Notes under the pieces: model-generated
The model's input: the letters and a program-made list of their open reading frames with translations, nothing else
What the model was told of the DNA's origin: nothing
Database searches by the model: none
Program-made: the position numbers and the translations under genes
Shown here: in pieces, positions 27,757 through 37,182 of the stretch
How the letters are laid out: the number at the start of each line of letters is the position of its first letter
Position numbering within the stretch: the first letter of the stretch is position 1
Assembly: GCA_033763755.1 (NCBI GenBank)
Contig: JANRJX010000075.1
Coordinates: forward strand, 47,548-111,547
Source: Chloroflexota bacterium
GTDB lineage: Bacteria > Chloroflexota > Anaerolineae > Aggregatilineales > Phototrophicaceae
DNA length: 64,000 nucleotides
Direction of reading: 5' to 3'

Positions 27757-29253
27757 TTAGGACGACGGTGGCATGGGCAGCCCCCGCAGCAGGACTGTGC
27801 CACCTGGCATTGCCTCAACGAGCCGCCGCAGCAGTGCCCAGTCGTCCGGTGCAAGGGTGCGCAATGCCAGTCCGGTCACTATATAGACGCTGACGCCGCC
27901 AACTGCACCGAGGATGAAATGCAGCTGTCCGAGCATCATCATTGTCAGCGCGCCTGCTATGCCTGCCACTATCACGCGCACGACGCGGCTGGGGGAATGC
28001 CTGGCGCGGCGATCTTGCAGGAATGCTGCGTAGAGCAATGCGAGCATGAGCGACTCCCCGATGATGGACGCGACCGCTGCACCAACGATGCCCACGCGCG
28101 GCAGCAGGAACACCAATAGGACGAGATTGACCCCTAAGCCTGCCACGCGGATTACCAGCGTGAGCCGCTGGCGGTTTTGCACCAGTAACGCCTGAGCATA
28201 AACAGCGGCGAGCATCGCCAGCAGTGCGTACCAGACCATCCAGCGTAGGACAGCAGCAGCAGGCAAGAAGTCCGCGCCGAAGATCAGTGCCAGTTGTTCG
28301 GCAAAGATCGAGACGCCGAGCGTGATCGGCAGCACAATCACGAGCGTGAAGAACGCCAGTTTATTGACCATCATGTGGTAGAGCGACAGATCGCCTTCGG
28401 GCGTATACGCACGGGAGAGCAAGGGGTAGCCCGCAATCAGCACCGTGGTGTTGAGGAGCTCGACCATGCCGACGATGATCACGAACGATGCATTGAGATA
28501 GGCGACCTGTTCGAGACCGAGCAGGCGTCCAGCCAGTAGACGGTCGGCACTGTAGCCGAAGACGCCAATGAACGCGCCGAGTGCCAGTGGTGCGGCATCC
28601 CGCAGCATCCCGCGCAGGCGCCCGCGTTCGAGCGGAAATTCCGGGCGCACTTCGTTGCGCAGCACAGTTGCCCAGAGTAGCCCCGCTCGCGCCACCCCGC
28701 TGATGAGCGTAGCGATATAAACTCCGAGCAGACCGTAGCCTGCTGTCAGTGCCAGCAGCGCCAGTGCAATGCGCAAGGCGATATGCCCGATTTCGACCGC
28801 GGCGGTCGTGACCATGCGTTCTTGTGCCTGAAGCTGGTCATAGCATAAATTGCCGAGCATGTCGATGAACAGGCTGAGTCCTGCCAGCGCAATGAAGGCA
28901 CGTACATCCAGAGGGTAGGCTGCGGAAGCGATGAAGATGCCGACATACGCGATGAGCGCGCCGACCGTTTGAATGACGAGCGCGCTGCTCATGTACTGTC
29001 CGGCGAGGCTTCGCTGGCGTGCTACATCGCGTATGACGATGTTCGCCAGTCCGAAAGCAGTGACGACTGCGCCAATTTGCAGGTGGGCGGTGACTGTGCC
29101 GTAGATGCCGTACGCCGTTGTGCTGATGAGCTGCGCGAGCAGGATTTGCCAGACGTAGAGCGCGCCCTTGCTGATGATCTGGGCGATGGCGATAGCGCTG
29201 GCGTTGCGGGCGGCGCGGCGCGCGGCTGCGCCAGAGAGCGCGGAGTCTGTCAA
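27757..29253 (-). CDS. MOP-superfamily flippase (polysaccharide biosynthesis protein / Wzx-like)
   Basis: 498-aa ORF with about 14 TM helices. The N-terminus ...ARNASAIAIAQIISKGALYVWQILLAQLI is typical of Wzx/polysaccharide-biosynthesis proteins. TTG start overlaps the stop of the upstream gene (TTGA). Confidence 0.75.
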   Translation of the reverse strand: MTDSALSGAAARRAARNASAIAIAQIISKGALYVWQILLAQLISTTAYGIYGTVTAHLQIGAVVTAFGLANIVIRDVARQRSLAGQYMSSALVIQTVGALIAYVGIFIASAAYPLDVRAFIALAGLSLFIDMLGNLCYDQLQAQERMVTTAAVEIGHIALRIALALLALTAGYGLLGVYIATLISGVARAGLLWATVLRNEVRPEFPLERGRLRGMLRDAAPLALGAFIGVFGYSADRLLAGRLLGLEQVAYLNASFVIIVGMVELLNTTVLIAGYPLLSRAYTPEGDLSLYHMMVNKLAFFTLVIVLPITLGVSIFAEQLALIFGADFLPAAAVLRWMVWYALLAMLAAVYAQALLVQNRQRLTLVIRVAGLGVNLVLLVFLLPRVGIVGAAVASIIGESLMLALLYAAFLQDRRARHSPSRVVRVIVAGIAGALTMMMLGQLHFILGAVGGVSVYIVTGLALRTLAPDDWALLRRLVEAMPGGTVLLRGLPMPPSS

Positions 29254-29984
29254 CGAGTCACCGCCTCATCGGGAAGCGATTCCAGAATTCGCGCGTATGC
29301 CTCGTTGATCTGCTGCATTCGTGCGGTTGCGGCGGGGTCAGCGTTCAGGTCTGGGTGGTAGGCGCGTGCCAGGTGGCGATAGGCGTGCTTGACAGTGCGG
29401 CGATCAGCCGTCACCGCTAGCCCTAACGCACGATAGTGCCGTTCGAGCGGGTGTGGTGGTGGCGCAACTGGCGCGCGTTCAGGCGGGCGATCACTGAAAT
29501 CAGCGGCAAGGAATTCGCCCTCTAACTCCAACGTATTGAACAACTTGCGACGGCAAACCAGCTTGCTAATTTCGACTTCTTTGCCATATCGAATGAAGCG
29601 CCGGTTACCCGTACCTTCGAAATAGACGGGGAAGATGAAGATGTCGCGCCCATGCACCTCGTAGCCGTAGAGCTTATCGCCGTACAGCGCAAGGAGCGGG
29701 TGCATCCAGTCATCGATCTCGAAGCTGTGATTGTGCGATGGCAGCAGGCGATCTGCCCAGAACAGGAACAGGGTGTACAGGTCCTTATCGCCATTGGCGA
29801 TGAGTGTCTGCACAATTTCAGCAGATGGGATGCTGCTTTCGATCAAATGGATCCAGGCATGTTCGCCCGTCATGAATTCCAGATGGATAATGTCGCCGCC
29901 GTCGTGATGGACGTGGGCGACTGTCCCCGCGCTTTCGAGGTCGCGCACGAGCGCCGCACCTGCAAAGTAAGTTTCCGTTCGCAC
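29250..29984 (-). CDS. Protein with an uncharacterised N-terminal domain and a C-terminal J-domain
   Basis: J-domain with HPD: HYRALGLAVTADRRTVKHAYRHLARAYHPDLNADPAATARMQQINEAYARI at residues about 180-235. I do not recognise the first ~170 aa. Confidence 0.75.
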   Translation of the reverse strand: MRTETYFAGAALVRDLESAGTVAHVHHDGGDIIHLEFMTGEHAWIHLIESSIPSAEIVQTLIANGDKDLYTLFLFWADRLLPSHNHSFEIDDWMHPLLALYGDKLYGYEVHGRDIFIFPVYFEGTGNRRFIRYGKEVEISKLVCRRKLFNTLELEGEFLAADFSDRPPERAPVAPPPHPLERHYRALGLAVTADRRTVKHAYRHLARAYHPDLNADPAATARMQQINEAYARILESLPDEAVTR

Positions 29985-29988
29985 GCCT

Positions 29989-30035
29989 GCCTCTGCCGAG
30001 ACTCAGTTGTACAATTCAAGAATTGTAGCAGAGGC
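29989..30035. promoter_or_regulatory. Two-tier inverted repeat: gcctctgc...gcagaggc enclosing the AT-rich palindrome TACAATT-caag-AATTGTA
   Basis: Outer arms are 29989-29996 and 30028-30035. Inner arms are 30010-30016 and 30021-30027. It sits between the surE stop and the J-domain gene start. Confidence 0.4.
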
Positions 30036-30062
30036 GGACGGGCGTTGCGATCCGCCGTATGG

Positions 30063-30875
30063 TTAGCTTAGATCAACCATTGTGCCAACTGCTGTCATCA
30101 TGCCAGACATCGGCGTGACCGAAACGCAGCGGTCGTAGATCAACGCCTGCACATCGCTATCCGGTTCAAGCGTTGCCGGGTTCACACCCTTTGCCTCGCC
30201 CAGAAGGTAGGGCTGCGACAGGTCGCGCTTCGGCTGCTCGGTGAAGTGATAGAACATCTGTCGGCTTTGCACAGTGTATTTGATTGGAGTCGCCTCGGTT
30301 GCATCCGACGGGACGTTGATGTTGAGCAACGCTACGCCTTCGGGAAGCCCATCTGCCAGCGTTTGCTGCGTGAACAGGCGGACGAAGTGTTTGGCAGCGT
30401 TCCAGTCCCAGGGCGCGTAATCGCGCAGGTGTGTGATTTCCAGCGGGGTCTCAACCGAAAATGCGAGCGCCGGAATATCAAAGCCCGCTGCTTCCAATGC
30501 CGCGCCAATCGTGCCGCTTGCGTGCAGACTGAAGCCGATGTTTTCGCCGTAATTGATGCCGCTCAAGCACAGGTCGGGTTTACGTGGCGCAAGCTCCAAC
30601 ACGGCATGAGCGACCGACCACGCGGGCGAACCGACAACAGCGTATGCAGCTTGCGCTGCGCCGTTGATGTCGAGCGTAATTGACTGGATGATGCCACCAT
30701 CGGGGCGGCGCGGTTTGGCGCGCCCCATGCTGGTTTGCTGCTCGAGCGGTGCCGCTATCAGTAAGTCGCCGTAGAGGGCGGCTGCTTCTGCCATTGCACG
30801 CAGACCGGGCGAGTACACACCATCATCATTTGTAATCAGGATCAGTGGGGGCATAAGTTGACGAGTCCTTGACAT
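30063..30875 (-). CDS. surE: 5'/3'-nucleotidase SurE
   Basis: N-terminal signature ILITNDDGVYSPGLRAMAEA and SGINYGENIG. Confidence 0.9.
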   Translation of the reverse strand: MSRTRQLMPPLILITNDDGVYSPGLRAMAEAAALYGDLLIAAPLEQQTSMGRAKPRRPDGGIIQSITLDINGAAQAAYAVVGSPAWSVAHAVLELAPRKPDLCLSGINYGENIGFSLHASGTIGAALEAAGFDIPALAFSVETPLEITHLRDYAPWDWNAAKHFVRLFTQQTLADGLPEGVALLNINVPSDATEATPIKYTVQSRQMFYHFTEQPKRDLSQPYLLGEAKGVNPATLEPDSDVQALIYDRCVSVTPMSGMMTAVGTMVDLS

Positions 30876-30914
30876 GGCTACAGTGTCAAAAAGAGGATCA
30901 AAAGTGCTTACTCC

Positions 30915-30950
30915 AGAGGGAAGATGAGGATAGAGAATTTCCCTCTCATC
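30915..30950 (-). terminator. Stem-loop downstream of typA
   Basis: agagggaa (30915-30922) pairs with ttccctct (30939-30946). An alternative pairing is gatgag (30923-30928) with ctcatc (30945-30950). On the minus strand a T-rich stretch follows (cttttgatcctcttttt). Confidence 0.5.
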
Positions 30951-30991
30951 TCTTCCATTCTCACCTCTGGAATAAGCCTGTTACTTGGTTC

Positions 30992-32848
30992 CTAACCTTC
31001 GGCGGCTTCAAGCATCTTCTCGCGACGCTTGACTTCCTTGATGCGTTCGTCATTGTTCAGCGTGCGTTTGCGGGCGCGCAGCGACATAGGCGTGACTTCC
31101 AGCAGTTCGTCGTCGTTGATGAACTCCATAAAGTCGTCAAGCGAGAGTTGCAGAATAGACTTCATGCGCTCGTCTTCCGAGCGATCAATCGTGCGGACGG
31201 CGCTGAGGGTCTTGGTCTTGCAGACGTTGACCGCCAGGTCTTCCGGGCGGATGTGTTCTCCGACGACCATGCCCTCGTAAACTTCGGTGCCAGGCTCGAT
31301 GAAGAACTGTCCACGCTCCTGCACTGCTAACATACCATAGGTCGCCGCCGTGCCGTTCTCCCACGCCACCAGGCTGCCGAATTGGCGGCTGGGGATGCTG
31401 CCCGCCAGCGGTTCGTAGCCGTGAAAGATGCTGTGCATCTGCCCCATGCCGCTGGTTGCGGTCAGGAAGCGGGTACGGAAGCCGAGCAAGCCACGTGTGG
31501 GGACGAGGTATTGCAGGTAGGTGGTGCCGCGCTCGCTGCGCATATCGACCATTTGCCCGCGTCGTGCTCCCATCATTTCGACAACGGTTCCGGTCATGGT
31601 GTCCGCGACTTCGATATACACATCCTCGAATGGCTCCATCGTTTCGCCTGTATCATCGTCTTTGCGGATGATGACTTCGGGACGGCTGATCTCGAACTCG
31701 TAGCCTTCACGTCGCATCGTCTCGATCAGGATGCCCAGGTGCAGTTCGCCCCGCCCGCTGACGATGAACTTTTCCGGCGATTCGCCATCTTCAACGCGCA
31801 GCGCCAGATTGGAGCGCGTTTCATTATAGAGGCGCTCACGCAGTCGGCGTGAGGTTCCCCAGCCGGTCTTGCCTTCACGCCCGGCAAACGGCGATGTGTT
31901 GACGCCAAAGGTCATGCGCACGGTCGGTTCTTCAATGCTGATGCTGGGCAGCGGTTCGGTCACAGCGGGGTCCGCGATGGTGTCGCTGATGCCGACATCC
32001 TGAAAGCCGCCAAAGGCGAGAATATCGCCCGCGTGAACTTCATCGACTTCCTGCTTCTGCAAATTCGAGAATGTGAACAGGTACTCGATATTCCCCTTCT
32101 GGCGTGTGCCATCCTGCTTGATGCGGACGACAGGCATAGTCCGGCGCAGGCTGCCGCTGCGCAGTCGCCCGATGCCGATTTGTCCCTTGTACTGATCGTA
32201 TTCGAGCGTGGTTACGAGCAGTCGCGCGGGCTGGTCTTCATCGACCGTAGGCGGTGGGATTTCCTTGACGATAGTCTCGAACAGCGGCGCGAGGTCATCG
32301 TTCAGTTTGTCCGCGCTGTGTCCCGCCTTGCCTTCCAGCCCAATTGCGTACACGACCGGGAAGTCTGCCTGCATGTCGCTGGCGCCGAGTTCAATGAACA
32401 GGTCAAACGTTTCATTGAGGGCTTCGGCAAGTCGACGATTTGGGCGGTCTACCTTGTTGATGACGACGATCACGCGCAAGCCAAGTTCGAGAGCCTTGCG
32501 CAGCACAAAGCGCGTCTGAGGCATGGGCCCTTCGACCGCATCGATCAGCAGCAGCGCGCCATCGACCATGTTCAGCACGCGCTCAACTTCGCCGCCGAAG
32601 TCGGCGTGACCGGGTGTATCGACAATATTGATCTTGGTGTCGTTGTAATGGATCGCCGTGTTCTTGGCAAGAATGGTAATGCCGCGCTCGCGTTCGAGCG
32701 TGTTGCTATCGAGAATACGTTCGCCAGCGGTAGCTGCGTTGCGGAAGACGTGTGCCTGTTTAAGCATACCATCGACTAGCGTCGTCTTGCCGTGATCGAC
32801 GTGAGCGATAATGGCGATATTGCGAATGTCATTGCGGGTGGTGGTCAC
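30992..32848 (-). CDS. typA: Translational GTPase TypA/BipA
   Basis: G-domain [36 protein letters not shown], with BipA-type domain order throughout. Start set at GTG 32848 after GAGGAA; the longest ORF begins at 32893. Confidence 0.9.
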   Translation of the reverse strand: MTTTRNDIRNIAIIAHVDHGKTTLVDGMLKQAHVFRNAATAGERILDSNTLERERGITILAKNTAIHYNDTKINIVDTPGHADFGGEVERVLNMVDGALLLIDAVEGPMPQTRFVLRKALELGLRVIVVINKVDRPNRRLAEALNETFDLFIELGASDMQADFPVVYAIGLEGKAGHSADKLNDDLAPLFETIVKEIPPPTVDEDQPARLLVTTLEYDQYKGQIGIGRLRSGSLRRTMPVVRIKQDGTRQKGNIEYLFTFSNLQKQEVDEVHAGDILAFGGFQDVGISDTIADPAVTEPLPSISIEEPTVRMTFGVNTSPFAGREGKTGWGTSRRLRERLYNETRSNLALRVEDGESPEKFIVSGRGELHLGILIETMRREGYEFEISRPEVIIRKDDDTGETMEPFEDVYIEVADTMTGTVVEMMGARRGQMVDMRSERGTTYLQYLVPTRGLLGFRTRFLTATSGMGQMHSIFHGYEPLAGSIPSRQFGSLVAWENGTAATYGMLAVQERGQFFIEPGTEVYEGMVVGEHIRPEDLAVNVCKTKTLSAVRTIDRSEDERMKSILQLSLDDFMEFINDDELLEVTPMSLRARKRTLNNDERIKEVKRREKMLEAAEG

Positions 32849-33004
32849 GCGCGGTTCCTCTGTTCGTACTGTTGCGTTGAATATCAATTGCATTCTAGCA
32901 GGCGAATGTTAAGGGAAGTAGAGCAGGAATGCGTTGATTGTGTCATACGCTATACTGAACACAGAGCAGAAAAGCGAACGAAACATGTTTTGACGAGGTG
33001 CGGG

Positions 33005-33910
33005 ATGGTCGCACGATGTGCAACAGTGTTAGGTGCAGTGCTGCTGATCTGCTGCATGGCGGGTGTTGCGCTGGCGCGTGCTGTGCCTGACGAGGGTCAG
33101 ATCGCGTATCAGAGCAATCGCAGCCGGGGCGAGAATATCTACCTGCTGGACGTGCGCACGCGCGTCACTATCAGCCTGACGCGCGATCGCGCGCTCTACA
33201 ACGCCATGCCCGCCTGGTCACCGGATGGTCAGCACATCGCCTACACGATGAATATCGGTGAGAATCTGGATGCGTCATCGATCTATATCATGAGTGTTGA
33301 TGGTACGGGTTTAAGTCGGGTGACGTACCAGAATTCGATACTTGCAGCGTGGTCGCCGGATGGGGCGCACATCGCCTACACGATGCTTGGCAACGTGGTG
33401 TCGATGGTGCCAGTTGCAGGCGGCATGTCACAGCGGTTGGGGCGCGGCAGCAGTGCCGATTGGTCGCCAGATAGCAGCGCAGTGGTGTTTCTGGGGCGCG
33501 ATAATGCCAACACAGAGACGGACGGGACGCAGATGTTGCAAATTGTACAGGTGGACAGCCGCCAGCGTCGCAACTTGCTGCCGGAGACACTGCTAGCCTA
33601 TGCGCCCGACTGGTCACCCGATGGACGCTGGATCGCGTTCATCAGTCCCGTCGGCGGGCAAAGCCGATTGTATCGGGTGGAGGCGGCGTGCAACCGCGAT
33701 TGCGAGACAGCGATGCTGCCGATTGGCGACGCGACGATTGCGGCGAGCGAGCCGGACTGGTCGCCAGACGGGGCGCGGCTGGTGTTTGCGTGTGGACAGC
33801 CGCGCCGCCGCACCGAGATTTGCATCGTGAATGCGGACGGCACAGGGTTACAACAGTTGACCGCCAGCGCGAGTCATGTCATCAACCGCGCCCCCGCGTG
33901 GCGACCGTGA
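33005..33910 (+). CDS. Exported PD40/TolB-like beta-propeller repeat protein (paralogue 1)
   Basis: Signal/anchor MVARCATVLGAVLLICCMAGVALARA. Five WSPDG-type blades (PAWSPDGQHIAYT, AAWSPDGAHIAYT, ADWSPDSSAVVF, PDWSPDGRWIAFI, PDWSPDGARLVFA). The C-terminus is APAWRP. Confidence 0.8.
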   Translation: MVARCATVLGAVLLICCMAGVALARAVPDEGQIAYQSNRSRGENIYLLDVRTRVTISLTRDRALYNAMPAWSPDGQHIAYTMNIGENLDASSIYIMSVDGTGLSRVTYQNSILAAWSPDGAHIAYTMLGNVVSMVPVAGGMSQRLGRGSSADWSPDSSAVVFLGRDNANTETDGTQMLQIVQVDSRQRRNLLPETLLAYAPDWSPDGRWIAFISPVGGQSRLYRVEAACNRDCETAMLPIGDATIAASEPDWSPDGARLVFACGQPRRRTEICIVNADGTGLQQLTASASHVINRAPAWRP

Positions 33911-33912
33911 GG

Positions 33913-34743
33913 CTAATTCTCCTCATCCCCCAACTCATCCGCTTCGCTCGGCGTTGGTGGATCCACCAGCGGCGCTTCCGGCGTACCGAGCGTTTGCGCC
34001 AGCGCGATGATGCGCGAGTCATCGCAGAACAGCGACCGCTCCAGGAACGCGCGCTCCAAAGCCAGCGGTGCGTTCGAAAGCAGTACGGTCGAGCGCGCCC
34101 GCGCCAGTACGTTTAGCACAAACACCGGGTCGCTCGCGCGCAGGTAATGCTGCGGCTGATTGATCGCTGCCAGCCGCGTCACATACGCTTCACGAGCCTC
34201 TATACGCCAGGGGTGGATCAGCATCGCACCGACAATGCCGTAAGTCGCCCATGCCGCGTCAAGCGTCTCGCGCAGCATCGCGGCTGCATCCGGGTTGGCA
34301 TCCAACGCTGTCACGAATGCATGGGCGATAAGTGCTGAAGGGGACGGGGGAGGAGGTTGTGGTGGCTTCAGCGCGCCCAGCTTCGGCTTTGGACCCTCCT
34401 GCCCTCCCTCGCCTTGGGGCAGAGGAGCAGGTGGTGCGGGTGGAGGCGTCAACGGATCGGGATCAGGATACGGCAGCCCGGCAAGCGCAAAGATTGCCGC
34501 GCCGATGTGCCCTAACTCGAAGCGCACGACGCCATCTTGCAGCGGGACGATCTCCCAGGTCACACGCCCCGGACCACGTCCGCCGAACAGATTGTTGGGC
34601 AAGCCCGGACGCTGTGGTGGCTGCGGGCTGGGAGGCGTAGCAGGTGTGTTCGGGCGCGGCAGGTTGCCACTCAACGTCGGCTTTGCCGCGCCGGGCAGTC
34701 CGGGCGCTTGCTGCGCGTTGCCCGTTGGGTTTTGTGTCGTCAC
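33913..34743 (-). CDS. Pro-rich hypothetical protein, partner of the AAA+ ATPase
   Basis: 276-aa ORF with a 4-nt overlap onto the ATPase gene. Pro-rich N-terminus and linker (KPPQPPPPSPS), a small beta segment (VTWEIVPLQDGVVRFELGHIG), and a helical C-terminal domain. No DxSxS/MIDAS motif. Confidence 0.6.
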   Translation of the reverse strand: MTTQNPTGNAQQAPGLPGAAKPTLSGNLPRPNTPATPPSPQPPQRPGLPNNLFGGRGPGRVTWEIVPLQDGVVRFELGHIGAAIFALAGLPYPDPDPLTPPPAPPAPLPQGEGGQEGPKPKLGALKPPQPPPPSPSALIAHAFVTALDANPDAAAMLRETLDAAWATYGIVGAMLIHPWRIEAREAYVTRLAAINQPQHYLRASDPVFVLNVLARARSTVLLSNAPLALERAFLERSLFCDDSRIIALAQTLGTPEAPLVDPPTPSEADELGDEEN

Positions 34744-36278
34744 TGCTGCTGCTCCTCTTCCAGACCAATGCCGAACAGGTCACAATACTCACGGAAGTAT
34801 TGTAACTCTTGCTTCCAGTCCATGCGCAGCCACAGGTCAGGGAAGCCGTTGAAAACGAAGTTGCGTTCCAGGCGGTGGCGCAGCGAATGTGTATCCTCCA
34901 CCGGAACCTGCCAGTTGACGATCTCGTTCCAAATGTCGGTCATTGCGCCGGGGCGCAGCGTGGACGAGAGCGCCCGCGCTTCCAGCACGCGCGCAGCGAA
35001 CTGCGTCAGCGGTTCCCACGCGGCGGGTGTCAGGTTGCGGCGACTGCGGAAGGCGACGAAGATGCAGGTTGCCAGCCCGACGCGGCGCGCGTCTACCTGC
35101 TCCGAACCAAGTGCCTGCGTGATCAGCCGCGACACATCCTCGTCGCTCAAGCCCAACTGATCGGCAAGCACGATGCGGCGTGCGGGGTGCAGTTCCTCCA
35201 ACACCTGTCGCCAGGCGTCATTCTCCGAAAGATTGCTGATCTCCCACGCCTGGCGATGCACAGAGACAATCGTCGCCCGTGTCGGCGGGACTTCGCTCGC
35301 GCTTTGGGGCAGGCAGTAAGTTAGCGTCAGCTCAGCGCTCTGTTCGAGTTCGGCATCTTCGCCCTCCAGTACCAGCCGCGCAGCGTGAATCGCGATCAGC
35401 GCTTTGGCGAGCATGACGGCGCGACGCGGGCTTTGCGCAAGCTGCGCCTGCTCCAGCAGGTCGACTGCGCTGACGACATAATCGCTGACCCAGCTCATCA
35501 GCGCGTCGTGAATGTCCGGGATTAACGCCTGCGTCTGCTCAATGTAGCTGCCGAGCATCTCAATCATGCCGTCGTCTTCATCGATCGCCAGTGGGTTCGT
35601 TGTCTGCCCGCTGACGAGCGCGCGGCGGCTCTGCTTGGTCAGTTGCTTCCAGTTCGGTACAGGGACGACAAACGGGAAGCGATCCGCCAGCGCCGGGTCG
35701 AGTGGTTCGCTGCCGAGATATGTATCCATGCCTGCGTTGACTTCAGGGTCTTCGGGTGCGGGTGGGTTCATCGCTGACCAGCGATGGCGCAGCTGCTCCA
35801 GCCGGATACCCGCAATGCGTCGTTCGTGGATGATCGGAAACATCTTGTTTTGCAAGTCCGGGCGGCAGCGTGAAATCTCGTCAAAGAAGACGAACTCTGC
35901 GCCCCAGATCGCGCCCGGCGTCGAGATGAAATGCAGGTTTTCCCCGTCTTCGTCCGGCATCGGAATGCCAACCAGATCATCATAGTTGATGAGCGAGGCG
36001 TTGTAATGGCGCATCGACAAACCGAGCGCACGCGCAATCTTTTCGACAAGCTGCGATTTCGCCGTGCCGTGTGGACCGACGAGCAGCAGCGGCGCATCTA
36101 TCGCCAGTGCTGCCAGCAGCACCGGATCGAGATGTCCCCACCCCTGGATACCCAGGGCAGCCGTGATACCAATGGGTTCGGTATCGGTGTAACGGTCATA
36201 AGGATAGGTCTGCACAGGAACGCCCCAAAACGTATGAACGAACGCCTGTAGCTTAGATCGCGTACAGGGGAGCGTCAA
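34740..36278 (-). CDS. AAA+ ATPase, MoxR-like (helix-2-insert clade), with a C-terminal helical extension of about 250 aa
   Basis: Walker A LLLVGPHGTAKSQLVEKIARAL and Walker B region VFFDEISRCRPDLQNKMFPIIHERRIAG (MoxR-like DEINRAxPxxQxxLLxxMxE pattern). The start is uncertain: TTG 36278 or GTG 36215. Confidence 0.7.
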   Translation of the reverse strand: MTLPCTRSKLQAFVHTFWGVPVQTYPYDRYTDTEPIGITAALGIQGWGHLDPVLLAALAIDAPLLLVGPHGTAKSQLVEKIARALGLSMRHYNASLINYDDLVGIPMPDEDGENLHFISTPGAIWGAEFVFFDEISRCRPDLQNKMFPIIHERRIAGIRLEQLRHRWSAMNPPAPEDPEVNAGMDTYLGSEPLDPALADRFPFVVPVPNWKQLTKQSRRALVSGQTTNPLAIDEDDGMIEMLGSYIEQTQALIPDIHDALMSWVSDYVVSAVDLLEQAQLAQSPRRAVMLAKALIAIHAARLVLEGEDAELEQSAELTLTYCLPQSASEVPPTRATIVSVHRQAWEISNLSENDAWRQVLEELHPARRIVLADQLGLSDEDVSRLITQALGSEQVDARRVGLATCIFVAFRSRRNLTPAAWEPLTQFAARVLEARALSSTLRPGAMTDIWNEIVNWQVPVEDTHSLRHRLERNFVFNGFPDLWLRMDWKQELQYFREYCDLFGIGLEEEQQQ

Positions 36279-36390
36279 CCCGCATTAGTGGGGGATAAGT
36301 ACTAAGTGAAGCATAAAGAGTTTTCGGCAAGCGGGTGAATGCGTTACCATTACGCCACATTCCGAAAGCTACGAAAGGTTGCATTTTATC

Positions 36391-37182
36391 ATGTCGCTTG
36401 GCAAAGCTGTCCGCCTCAACCGCCTGTTCGCGCATCCATCCGGTAATCTTCTTTCCATCGCAATTGACCATTTTCCTATCTATGATGTCGGGCTGCCGCC
36501 GGGTCTGCGGCAGATCGAGAAGACGCTCGACGCGGTAATGGCGGGAGAGCCGGACGCCGTGACAATGCACAAAGGCATTGCCAAAGCGTTATGGCACAAG
36601 TATGCAGGCAAGAAGCCGTTCATCATGCAAAGCGGCTTTGTTCGTCCTGATGACAGCGCCCAGGAGCAGGTCGCGACGATTGAGGACGCGGTGCGCATCG
36701 GTGCAGACGCCTTCGCGGTTGTTGCGTTCGTTCATGGCAAGACAGAAGCAGCGTATCTGCGCACGGTCGCTGACTGTGTGCGCGAAGGCGAACGGCTGGA
36801 GATGCCCGTAATCTGTCATGTCTACCCTCGCAATACGAACAACGAGGTTATCTATCAACCCGACGATATTGCCTGGGCGGTGCGCTGCATCCTCGAGGTC
36901 GGCGTGGACATCATCAAAGTGCCGTACTGCGGCGACCCTGTTGCCCACAGGCAGATTGTCGATGATTGCCCGGTGACGATTGTCGCAGCTGGAGGTCCCA
37001 AAACTTCGACCATGCAGGAAGCACTGAGCGTGCTGCGCGAGGCGTGCGATGTCGGTGTACGCGGCGGCACGGTTGGGCGCAATGTGTGGGGAAGCGATAA
37101 TATCACGGGGGCTGTGCGTGCCTATAAAGCCGTTATTCACGACGGCGTGCCTGCGGCTGAAGCGGTCAAACTGCTGTCATGA
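36391..37182 (+). CDS. Class I aldolase, DhnA/FbaB (DeoC/LacD-like) family
   Basis: MSLGKAVRLNRLFAHPSGNLLSIAIDH..., with a Schiff-base-lysine-type motif VDIIKVPYCGD and GGTVGRNVW. Start at ATG 36391; the longest ORF begins at TTG 36379. Confidence 0.7.
   Translation: MSLGKAVRLNRLFAHPSGNLLSIAIDHFPIYDVGLPPGLRQIEKTLDAVMAGEPDAVTMHKGIAKALWHKYAGKKPFIMQSGFVRPDDSAQEQVATIEDAVRIGADAFAVVAFVHGKTEAAYLRTVADCVREGERLEMPVICHVYPRNTNNEVIYQPDDIAWAVRCILEVGVDIIKVPYCGDPVAHRQIVDDCPVTIVAAGGPKTSTMQEALSVLREACDVGVRGGTVGRNVWGSDNITGAVRAYKAVIHDGVPAAEAVKLLS

Noticed and set aside
32792-33004. N-terminal extensions of track ORFs at 32792 (PD40-1), 53009 (Mo-hydroxylase FAD subunit), 38934 (dehydrogenase-like lipoprotein) and 41472 (SnoaL-like).
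   Set aside because: The extensions overlap neighbouring genes or promoters and lack signal-peptide or domain features. Internal starts give proper signal peptides or family-typical N-termini.
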